Positions 9,402 through 17,497 of a stretch of DNA of 27,917 nucleotides are shown piece after piece. The notes beneath the pieces were generated by a model. The model saw nothing but the letters and a program-made list of their open reading frames with translations, ran no database searches and was not told the origin of the DNA. Origin of the DNA: Planctomycetota bacterium (GTDB lineage Bacteria; Planctomycetota; B15-G4; JADJEK01); contig JBGAIQ010000069.1 of assembly GCA_044225365.1 (NCBI GenBank), positions 1 to 27,917 of the forward strand, written 5' to 3'. Numbering within the stretch: the stretch's first letter is position 1; each line of letters begins with the position of its first letter. The position numbers and the translations under genes are program-made.

Positions 9402-11960
9402 CTACTTGCCGGGTTCGCGGCGATTCGCCACCTTCGCGCGGCGCCGCTCGAACTCCTTCGTCGTGGCGGAGTCCTTCCCCCGCGTCTTGCGCAGGAGTTC
9501 GAGGCCGGCGTCGAGCTCGGCGAGTCCTTCGTCGATCCGATCCTGCATGCCGATCGCGTGACCCATCGCCGCGCGCAGCTCGCCGTACTTCGCGATGAGG
9601 ATGTTCGAGTCCTTCGGCTCGATGCCGTCGAGGCCCGCCCGCGCGGCTTGCTCCGCCTCCGCGTAGTGCTGCCCCGCGATCATGAGCATCACCTGCATCG
9701 AGATCGCTCCGAGCGTCTCCGGATGTGCCCGACCGAATCGCTTCGCGGTCGGCTCCACGACGGACGCGGCCATCGCGATCGCCTCGTCGTATCGCTTCAG
9801 GTTCCCGAGCAGATGCGCGACGTGGATCTTGAGCTGCAAGGTGTCGCGATGTTCGGGCCCCGAGTCGCGCTCGCGGATCGCGATGTCGGGAGCGAGGAGG
9901 TCGTACGCCTCCTGGGACTTCCCGAGATCGCGCAGAAGCGTTCCGAGATTCATGCGGGCCATCAGCGTGAACGGATGATCCTTGCCCTTCGTCTCCACGA
10001 GGCCGTCGAGCACCTCGCGCGCGATCGGATCGGCCTCCTTCAGCTTCCCGAGATCCATGAGTGCATTCGCGAGCGAGTTCAACGAGTCGAGGGTTTCCTC
10101 GGAGCGGGGACCCGTCGCGGCACGACGCGCCTCCGCCGCCGCGCGGAACTCGACCTCGGATTCCTTGATCTTCATCTGGCTGTAGAGGATGGCGCCCTGC
10201 AGGTGGCGAAGCCCGCCCCAGATCTTGTCGGACGACTCGACCTTGGATTCGACAGCCGAGCGCGCTTTCGCGAGTTGCTCGAGTGCCGCCTCCGGCTGCG
10301 ATTTCTTGACGAGCACCTGGGCGAGGTTCATCCGAGCGGTGACTTCCTGCTTCGGATCGTCGGATCCGCTCGCCGCGATCAGTTCGATCTCGCGGGTGAA
10401 GTGCTCCGCGGCCGAATCCAATTCGGCAAGCGAGTAGTACAGCTCCGCGAGTTTGTGATGGAACAGTCCCGCGACCCTGGGCTCCGTCTTGAGCACGTCA
10501 TCGGCGTACTTCGACGAGTCGTCGAGCACGTCGACGACCTTGAGATCACGGCCCTTGTTGCCGACCATCGCTTCGCTGAATGCGCGCTGGAAGAGATCGA
10601 TCACGTGCGATGAGACCGTCGCCTCCTGCTCGGCCTTCTTCTCGGCGGCGCGCGCGGCCTTCGCCTCCTCGCCCGCCTTTGCTTCCGCGGCGCGTGCGAT
10701 CGTCGCCTCGTTCGAGGCCCGACCTTCCGCCGCCTGTGCACGATCGAGCGAAGAGAGCGATGCGACGAGCCCACCGGTGAGCGAGACGATGATCGCGACC
10801 GCCGCCCCAAGGGCGAATCGATAACGACCGATGAACTTGCGAGCGCGGTACGCCGCACTCGGCGGACCGGCGAGGAGCGGCTCGCCGAGGCGATATCGCT
10901 CGATGTCCTCGCGCATCTCCGCGGCCGAGGCGTAGCGACGCGCCGGCTCCTTCTCGAGAGCCTTCAGCACGAGCCATTCGACCTCTTCCGGAAGATCGGA
11001 TCGCACGCGTCGGGGCGGCCGCGGCGCCGTCTCCTGGACCAGCTTCGAGACTTCGGTCAGCGAGCGGCCGGTGAAGTCGAACGGCATCGCATCGCAGAGC
11101 AGCTCGTAGAGCACGATGCCGAGCGCGTAGACGTCGGTTCGCGTGTCCACCGCGTCGGGATCGCCCGTGAACTGCTCCGGCGCCATGTAGCGCACGGTGC
11201 CGATGAGTTCGCCAACCTGGGTGTGCACCGAGGTGAGATCGGTATCGCCCCGCCGCGCGCGGGAGACGCCGAAGTCGATCACCTTGGGCTCGCCGTTCGA
11301 GTCGACGAGGATGTTCGCCGGTTTCAGATCGCGATGGATGACGCCGCGGCTGTGCGCGTGGTGGACGGCCGCGCACACGCGCGCGAACAGGTCGAGCCTT
11401 CCGTCGAGCGAGAGCGCGGCCTGGTGCGCGTAGGTCGTGATCGGTCGCGCGCCTTCCAGCAGCTCGAGCGTGTACCACGGCAATTCGGTGCGAAAGCCCT
11501 CGGCGGCGACGACGTGAATCCCCGATTCGAAGACGCGCGCGATGCCGGGATGCTGCAATCGCGCGAGGATCTCGGCTTCGACTTGGAATCTCCGCAGCAC
11601 CGCGGGAGTGGCGAACATCGAACGCAGGATCTTCAACGCGACCTTGCGGCGAGGGCTCTCCTGCTCGGCCTCGTACACGGTGCCCATGCCGCCCACGGCG
11701 ATCGTGCCGCGGATCGTGTACTGGCCGATCCTCATCCCCGAGAGGTCGGTCGCCCCTTCGAGGAGCTCGATCGCCTGGCCCTTTCCGAGGAAATCGCGCT
11801 CCTCGGCCGATGAATCCGACGCGAGCATCGCCAGCACTTCGCGCGCGAGATCAGTATCGTCGCCACAACGACGTGAGACGAATGCGGCGCGCTCCCCATC
11901 GGGCAGCTCGACGGCTTCTTCGAAGATGGCGCGGCAGCGCTCGAAGCGTTCCGGGTTCAT
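9402..11960 (-). CDS. Hanks-type Ser/Thr protein kinase with TM helix and C-terminal TPR repeats (852 aa)
   Basis: GGMGTVY, VALK, HRDLKPAN, DFG, GTVRYMAPE and DVYALG. TM FALGAAVAIIVSLTGGLVASL, an Ala/Glu coiled coil, then TPR repeats with GKDHPFTL, GPEHRDTL and GRAHPETL. AGGAG SD. Confidence 0.95.
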   Translation of the reverse strand: MNPERFERCRAIFEEAVELPDGERAAFVSRRCGDDTDLAREVLAMLASDSSAEERDFLGKGQAIELLEGATDLSGMRIGQYTIRGTIAVGGMGTVYEAEQESPRRKVALKILRSMFATPAVLRRFQVEAEILARLQHPGIARVFESGIHVVAAEGFRTELPWYTLELLEGARPITTYAHQAALSLDGRLDLFARVCAAVHHAHSRGVIHRDLKPANILVDSNGEPKVIDFGVSRARRGDTDLTSVHTQVGELIGTVRYMAPEQFTGDPDAVDTRTDVYALGIVLYELLCDAMPFDFTGRSLTEVSKLVQETAPRPPRRVRSDLPEEVEWLVLKALEKEPARRYASAAEMREDIERYRLGEPLLAGPPSAAYRARKFIGRYRFALGAAVAIIVSLTGGLVASLSSLDRAQAAEGRASNEATIARAAEAKAGEEAKAARAAEKKAEQEATVSSHVIDLFQRAFSEAMVGNKGRDLKVVDVLDDSSKYADDVLKTEPRVAGLFHHKLAELYYSLAELDSAAEHFTREIELIAASGSDDPKQEVTARMNLAQVLVKKSQPEAALEQLAKARSAVESKVESSDKIWGGLRHLQGAILYSQMKIKESEVEFRAAAEARRAATGPRSEETLDSLNSLANALMDLGKLKEADPIAREVLDGLVETKGKDHPFTLMARMNLGTLLRDLGKSQEAYDLLAPDIAIRERDSGPEHRDTLQLKIHVAHLLGNLKRYDEAIAMAASVVEPTAKRFGRAHPETLGAISMQVMLMIAGQHYAEAEQAARAGLDGIEPKDSNILIAKYGELRAAMGHAIGMQDRIDEGLAELDAGLELLRKTRGKDSATTKEFERRRAKVANRREPGK

Positions 11961-12056
11961 CGGCGATCTCTCCTGGCACGATTCCCGATCCCGCCCAAAC
12001 CTCGTCGATCGTCGGTGAATCTACCCCGAAAGAACGATGCGCGCGACGTTCGAGAT

Positions 12057-14327
12057 TCAGGGCTTGCGAACGACGCGCAGCAACGTCGGCGCGGCATCTG
12101 CGACGATCGTGACCGAGGCGAACACCTTGGGCGACTCGTCGATTCCGTCGCAGAAACCGATCTCGAGAGTCCCTGCGGGAAGCACGATCTCGGCGGCGGC
12201 GCGGTTGTCGAGGATGAACGCGGTGCTCTCGATCCGGATCGGGGGCGATGCGTCGCCGGCGCGCCGCCACGAGATCCGTCCCACCGGTGGAATCTTCAGG
12301 ATTCGCCCGGAGCCTGCCGAGTCGTCGCGCTTCGTGTATTCGATTCGCAGCACGCCGGTCGCCGTGGACTGCACCGCCACCTCCAGCGGCTGCGGCGTAC
12401 CGGTCGCCGTCACCGCCACGAGGGTCGGCGAGTAGAACATCGGTGTGGCATCGATCTCGAGCGAGTAAGACCCCTCGGCGAGTGCGATTCCCGTGATTCC
12501 GTCCGGAAGCCGCTCGATGTTCGCGGGCGCGATCTCCGCGGCGGCTGCGATCCCACTGCGTATCCGGATCGCAGGCGATCGCACCGGCAGGCGCGAGCTC
12601 GCATCGATGACCCGCAGCAGCACGCGCCCCGCTCGCGCGAGTCGGACCACGACCTGTTCGTCGCCGCCTCGAAAGGTCTGCTCCGTGACGACCGAACGAT
12701 TCGCGATCCTCGCCACGACGCCGTCGCCGGCGGCGACTCCGGTGAGGACGTGGAATCTTCCCTCCGCGTCCGTCGTCGATCCGATGCGCCACTCGCCGTG
12801 CTCCGCTCGCAACGAGATCGCCATATTCTGAACGATCGCACCGTCCGCGTCGACGACGACGCCTCCGACCTTCGACGTCTTCGCGGCGACGTCGACGTCG
12901 AGACGAGTAGTGCTTCCGGCGACGAGCTGCGCGCGCTCGCTGCGACTCGCGATCCCCGGCACCTGCGCACTCACGATCGCTTCGCCGGGTTCGAGTCCGG
13001 TATGTCGATACTCGCCCTGCGCATTCGCCGTGAACGGGCCTTCGAGATATTGCCCGCGGACGATCACGGTGTACGGCAAAGGCTGCGGTGCGCCGTTGTA
13101 CGTGAGTCGACCTTCCAGCACGCAGTTCGCGACGACCTTCGGACTCGCGACGACGTCGATGTCCACCCGGGCCGATTCGCCCGGGAGGATCCGCTTCGTC
13201 GCACTCTCCCAATCGTCGCAGTCCTCGACAAGGGCTCGCAACGTCCCCTCGCGGAGCGGCGCCACGCCGTCGAGATGGAATTCTCCATTCGCATCCGCGT
13301 CGGCGCGCGCGCCGAGTGAATCGGGGACGAATGCGTCACTCCACTTCGCGAGCAGCTTCGCACCCGCGGCCGTCTCGTCTTCGGCGCGAACGGTCGAGGC
13401 GCCATCGACGTTCCATTGCACCTGCGCGCCCTCCGCGCTCTTCCCGTCGGACCGCTTCACCGTCCCCTCGATCCGCGCCGCTTCGAACATTGGGATCTCG
13501 ATCTCGGCGTCCTTGCGATCGACCGCGAGGACGCGCGCGAGATCGGAGCATCGCGTGAGCGCGAATCCCGTCGCCGACGCGACGAGATGGAACCCGTGCG
13601 CGCGCAGCCTTGCCGCCGAGAGTCGCATCACGAACCGCCCATCCGCGCCGCAGGTCGCGGCCGCCGAATTGGGCAGCATCGTATCGTCCATGGAGCCGGG
13701 TCGCATTCCGATCGAGATCCGCGCCGATCCGATCGGCGTGTGATCGCGAGCGTCGACGACGAGGCCGCGCAGCTCGAAGGTCTCGTCGAGGAAGATGTCG
13801 AACGGGTGCTCCCCGGGACTCGGGATCGTCACGTCGCGGACGATCGGCATCTCCTTCTCCGCGACGACCGTGAGCCGGATCTCGAGTTCGCAGGGCAGCG
13901 ACTTCAGGAGGAACGAACCGTCCTCCGCCGTCGTGACGGACCAGTCCGGCGACTGCGTGCCGCCCGGCCCGCCCCACGTCACGCGCGCATTCGCCACCGG
14001 CCACCGCGTCTCGGCTCGGAGCACCTTCCCGCGCAGCGCACCGAGCTCGCTCGCCGAAGAACGCGAAGCCGCGCCGGGCGCCGCACCTGCGGGCTCGACG
14101 GCAACGCGATCGGACGGGATCTCGTTCTCGGTCGCGAGCTCCGGAGAGAGCGAGGGAGAGGCCGGAAGTCCCGCTCCCGACTGGGAGCGCGTTGCGGGAT
14201 CCACCTCTTCGGTCGTCGCGGAAGAGTGATGGAGCGAGACCAGGACGACGACGATTCCGATCAGGGCGATGCCGAGACTCGCCCACAAGAGCCGAAGACG
14301 TCGACCTCGTTCATGCGGCGTTCGCAT
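12057..14327 (-). CDS. Membrane-anchored carboxypeptidase-regulatory-like repeat protein; sigma-less paralog of the flanking ECF ectodomains (756 aa)
   Basis: N-terminal TM LLWASLGIALIGIVVVLVSL and a GGAGG SD. Collinear with the 6563-9349 ectodomain (LEGRLTYNG/LEGRLTFNG, YRHTGLEPGEA/YRHEGLEPGEA, TPMFYSP/TPLFYSP). Confidence 0.85.
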   Translation of the reverse strand: MRTPHERGRRLRLLWASLGIALIGIVVVLVSLHHSSATTEEVDPATRSQSGAGLPASPSLSPELATENEIPSDRVAVEPAGAAPGAASRSSASELGALRGKVLRAETRWPVANARVTWGGPGGTQSPDWSVTTAEDGSFLLKSLPCELEIRLTVVAEKEMPIVRDVTIPSPGEHPFDIFLDETFELRGLVVDARDHTPIGSARISIGMRPGSMDDTMLPNSAAATCGADGRFVMRLSAARLRAHGFHLVASATGFALTRCSDLARVLAVDRKDAEIEIPMFEAARIEGTVKRSDGKSAEGAQVQWNVDGASTVRAEDETAAGAKLLAKWSDAFVPDSLGARADADANGEFHLDGVAPLREGTLRALVEDCDDWESATKRILPGESARVDIDVVASPKVVANCVLEGRLTYNGAPQPLPYTVIVRGQYLEGPFTANAQGEYRHTGLEPGEAIVSAQVPGIASRSERAQLVAGSTTRLDVDVAAKTSKVGGVVVDADGAIVQNMAISLRAEHGEWRIGSTTDAEGRFHVLTGVAAGDGVVARIANRSVVTEQTFRGGDEQVVVRLARAGRVLLRVIDASSRLPVRSPAIRIRSGIAAAAEIAPANIERLPDGITGIALAEGSYSLEIDATPMFYSPTLVAVTATGTPQPLEVAVQSTATGVLRIEYTKRDDSAGSGRILKIPPVGRISWRRAGDASPPIRIESTAFILDNRAAAEIVLPAGTLEIGFCDGIDESPKVFASVTIVADAAPTLLRVVRKP

Positions 14328-14356
14328 TCGTCCTCCCGCCCCGGAGAGAAATCACC

Positions 14357-17300
14357 TCACGGCTTTTGTACGCGAACGACCGCCGGTTCGCCACGCTTCA
14401 CTTCGACACCTTCGAAGAGGATGGGCGGTTGCGCCGAGTTGCCAGAGAACTTCAGATCGAACGTTCCCACCGGCATCTTGTACGTGACGCTTCGAGCTTT
14501 GTCGTCGATCAGATTCTCGACCGGAAGAAAGCGGTACGCGCGCTCACCGCGGCCCCGCCAGTCGAGCATGATGCTGTTCGGCCGAGGCGCCGAGGGATCG
14601 TCCACGAACTCGATCCGTAGGCTGCCGAGTTCGGGACGAGAGACGAGTACGACCGTCGGTTCGACCTCCGTCCCGATCGCGACCGGCGTGATCTCGCGCA
14701 GCGTCGTGGCAAATCCGTTCCGTTCGGCGGCCACCGCGATCTCGATCGGCTCGAGGCCCGCCTTGAACTCGAGGCCACCGTCGCTCCTCCGCCGCTTCTC
14801 GGTCTCCGCGATGACTTGGAAGCGGTCGGCGTCGAGCCCACGCACGGCGATCGAAGGCTGCTCGATCGGCTTTCCGGTCGCCGCGTCGAGGCAGCGAACA
14901 CGCACGATTCCCGTGCTCGCGACCTTCACGACGCAGTCGTCGGCGCCGGCGATCGTGCGGAGTCGAACCGAGTCGTACGTGAGCTTCTGGACCACCTCGA
15001 TCGGCGTGCCCTTCGCGACCGCGAGAGGAACCTCGAATCGCCCGTCCTCGCCGGACGTGAATTCACGAGTGGTCCCGACGGGATCGACGGTTCGTCGAAT
15101 CATCAGCCGGCAGCCCGCGAGCGGCTTGCCCGAGGAATCCACGGCGATGCCCCGCACGTGCGAGTCAAATGGATCGGCGAGATCAACTGTGACCTGCGTC
15201 GTCCGACCGGCCGCGAGCTCGACCTCCACGGAGGTCGACGAAGCGCCATCGCGCACGTAGAGCGTGCCCGATACCGGAGCGAGGCGATCATCGCGAAAGT
15301 GACCGTTCGCATCGGTCCGTCCTCCGCGAGACGTCTCGGATGCCGACCACGAGTATTCGAGCGCCGCGGGCTTGCCGTTCCTGGTGAGGAACCCTTCGAG
15401 CGCGGTTGCCGGATCCCACTCCTCGAGCCGGATCTCGATGGTCGCGCCAGCGCGGACGGTTTCGGGCTCGAGGAACGATTGTGCCGATCGGCGATGACTT
15501 CCATCGCCCACGGGAGGGAACGCCCCGACTCCCACGCGCCGCCCGATCGGGACGCCGTGGACCTCGAACTCTCCCATGCGGTCGGCGACGATCAACGAGC
15601 CTTGATCGAGCGACGCGATGCTCGCGTACTCACTCGCCTCCGAATCCGAATTCGCGGCAGTGGAAGGGACCAAGTGCGCCTCGACCTGAGCGAATGGAAG
15701 GGGCCCCTTGGCGTCGCGTACGCGGCCGCGAATCGTGGCGCCGCGATCGAGCGCGATGACGAACTCCGCCCGGTCGTTCGATGCCGATGGCGACGACATC
15801 CGAATCGTCGTCTTCGCGTGGCCGGGTGCGAGCGACGAGAGCATGACGTCGTGTCCCGCCGCTTCGGAATCGAGATCGATCACGACGTTCCCTTCGGTAT
15901 CGCTCGTCGCGATCGGCTGCCCGGAGTAGCGCGCTCGCGTTCCGAGCGCGAGCCGCCAATAACGAACCGAGACCGGGGCTCCCACGATGGGCGCCTGGGT
16001 CTCGCGATCGATCACGCGGCCGCGAATCCGCGTTCGAGGCGCGAGCGTGAGAGTGAGGGGCTGATCACCGCTCTCCGCGAACGTGAAGTCGAACCGCTCG
16101 ATGGTGCCCGCCGGCGGGCCGACGAGGATCGTTACGAGGAGTCCGACCGGCATGCCGTCGGCGATGAAATTGCCTTGCCCGTCGCAGGGCGCCGCGAACT
16201 CGCACAGACTCCCCTCGGCTTGCTGTGCCTGGGCTTCGACGACGGCGTTCGCGACCGGAGTCTGGCCGTCGCTCGCGAGGACGCGACCGAGGATGCGCGC
16301 CGATGGATCGAGCACGATCGTGAAGCTCCGGGAATCCTTCAACTTCTCGACCCGGCTCGCATATCTCGAGAGTTCGACGATCAGGATATCGGCGGCATCC
16401 TCCGCACTCGGACCGGACACCTCCTCGATCTCGAAACGGCCCGCGCGATTCGTGTTGACGGAACCCTGCCGCTTCGGCCTTACGAAACTCCCCTTCCTCG
16501 CGAGCGTGACGCTCGCGCCTTCGAGCGGCTTGCCTGCGCGATCGGTGACGAGCCCGCGAAACGCGGCCTTCGTCGAGGTCTCCACCCGATCCTCGCTCGC
16601 TCGCGGCACGTCGATCGGAATCGAGGGCGCGGCCGCGCGCGACTCCCCGGCGGTGTCGCCCTCCGCGAGATCGGGGTGATCTCGCATCGATGCGAGGTCC
16701 GTCGCTGTCTTTCGTGTCGGCCCACGCAGTTCCCACGCGCACACGAACAGCACGGCGAATGCGGCGCCGGCGACGAGCCAGACTTTCGACATGGAACCGA
16801 CTCCCAACGCTGCGCCCACTCCCGTGGCGACCGATCGCTGCGCGAAGGGAGCGAGCGCGGCGAGCCAATTCTCGCGCCCGTTCTCGCGATCGAGCCGCTC
16901 GCGCAGCTTCGCAAGTGCGCGCCGCAATCGAGAGCGCACAGTTGGCGCGGGCTCGCCGTTCGCGCGGGCGATCTCCTCGAGGGAGCGACCGCGGAAGTAG
17001 TGCTCGAGGATCACGGTCCGTTCGTTCGCGTCGAGCAAGAGGACGATGCGCACGAGTTCGCGTTGCCGTTCGGCGGCGACGACGAGATCGGTGGGATCCG
17101 GCGATTCGCGAACGCTCTGCATCTTGGCGCCGGCCGATTCCGTCGCCGTTCGACTGCGATCGCGCCGCCCGGCGTTCTTCGCGAGGCCGGAGACGACGCT
17201 CTTCCACCACGCGCGGACGTCGCGAACGCCGTGACCGCAACGCAGCGCGAAGAGCCACGCGTCCTGCACCACGTCGTCCCGACTCTCCGCATCGTTCACG

Positions 17301-17380
17301 AGCGAACGCGCGAGCGCCCGCACCCAGCTCATCTGGCGGAGCAGCTCATCGATCTCGACGCCGTCGATCGGTCTCGTCAT
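14357..17380 (-). CDS. ECF sigma-70 factor with C-terminal TM helix and extracytoplasmic carboxypeptidase-regulatory-like repeats (about 1007 aa)
   Basis: Sigma2 SRDDVVQDAWL, sigma4 LDANERTVILEHYFRGRSLEEIA..TVRSRLRRALAKLR, TM VWLVAGAAFAVLFVCAW, repeats such as FRGLVTDRAGKPLEGASV. Start 17380 is preferred over 17386 because it gives the same promoter spacing and residue register as the paralog. Confidence 0.88.
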   Translation of the reverse strand: MTRPIDGVEIDELLRQMSWVRALARSLVNDAESRDDVVQDAWLFALRCGHGVRDVRAWWKSVVSGLAKNAGRRDRSRTATESAGAKMQSVRESPDPTDLVVAAERQRELVRIVLLLDANERTVILEHYFRGRSLEEIARANGEPAPTVRSRLRRALAKLRERLDRENGRENWLAALAPFAQRSVATGVGAALGVGSMSKVWLVAGAAFAVLFVCAWELRGPTRKTATDLASMRDHPDLAEGDTAGESRAAAPSIPIDVPRASEDRVETSTKAAFRGLVTDRAGKPLEGASVTLARKGSFVRPKRQGSVNTNRAGRFEIEEVSGPSAEDAADILIVELSRYASRVEKLKDSRSFTIVLDPSARILGRVLASDGQTPVANAVVEAQAQQAEGSLCEFAAPCDGQGNFIADGMPVGLLVTILVGPPAGTIERFDFTFAESGDQPLTLTLAPRTRIRGRVIDRETQAPIVGAPVSVRYWRLALGTRARYSGQPIATSDTEGNVVIDLDSEAAGHDVMLSSLAPGHAKTTIRMSSPSASNDRAEFVIALDRGATIRGRVRDAKGPLPFAQVEAHLVPSTAANSDSEASEYASIASLDQGSLIVADRMGEFEVHGVPIGRRVGVGAFPPVGDGSHRRSAQSFLEPETVRAGATIEIRLEEWDPATALEGFLTRNGKPAALEYSWSASETSRGGRTDANGHFRDDRLAPVSGTLYVRDGASSTSVEVELAAGRTTQVTVDLADPFDSHVRGIAVDSSGKPLAGCRLMIRRTVDPVGTTREFTSGEDGRFEVPLAVAKGTPIEVVQKLTYDSVRLRTIAGADDCVVKVASTGIVRVRCLDAATGKPIEQPSIAVRGLDADRFQVIAETEKRRRSDGGLEFKAGLEPIEIAVAAERNGFATTLREITPVAIGTEVEPTVVLVSRPELGSLRIEFVDDPSAPRPNSIMLDWRGRGERAYRFLPVENLIDDKARSVTYKMPVGTFDLKFSGNSAQPPILFEGVEVKRGEPAVVRVQKP

Positions 17381-17388
17381 GCCCATAG

Positions 17389-17416
17389 GAGAACAGCCCG
17401 CTCGCGATTCGATGCA
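17389..17416 (-). promoter_or_regulatory. Putative autoregulated ECF-type promoter TGCATC-N16-GTTCTC
   Basis: Minus strand TGCATC (17416-17411), 16 nt, GTTCTC (17394-17389), 8 nt, ATG 17380. Confidence 0.7.
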
Positions 17417-17497
17417 AGGCGATCCCGTCCGCGCGTGATCCTTCTTTCGAAGACTTGAGTTCTAAGGCCGCGCCGCAATCGGTACCATCCCGCGTTC

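Noticed and set aside
10620-10740. Ala/Glu/Lys/Arg quasi-repeats in the kinase gene
   Set aside because: An ordinary coiled-coil linker after the TM, not a DNA repeat element.
12030-12059. TGAATC-N18-GTTCTT upstream of the kinase as a third copy of the ECF promoter
   Set aside because: The spacer is 18 rather than 16 and the -35 is mismatched; it could be chance.
13416-17458. Long plus-strand ORFs (614 aa and 880 aa) opposite the sigma cluster
   Set aside because: Arg/Ser-rich antisense shadows; the minus-strand genes carry clear domains.
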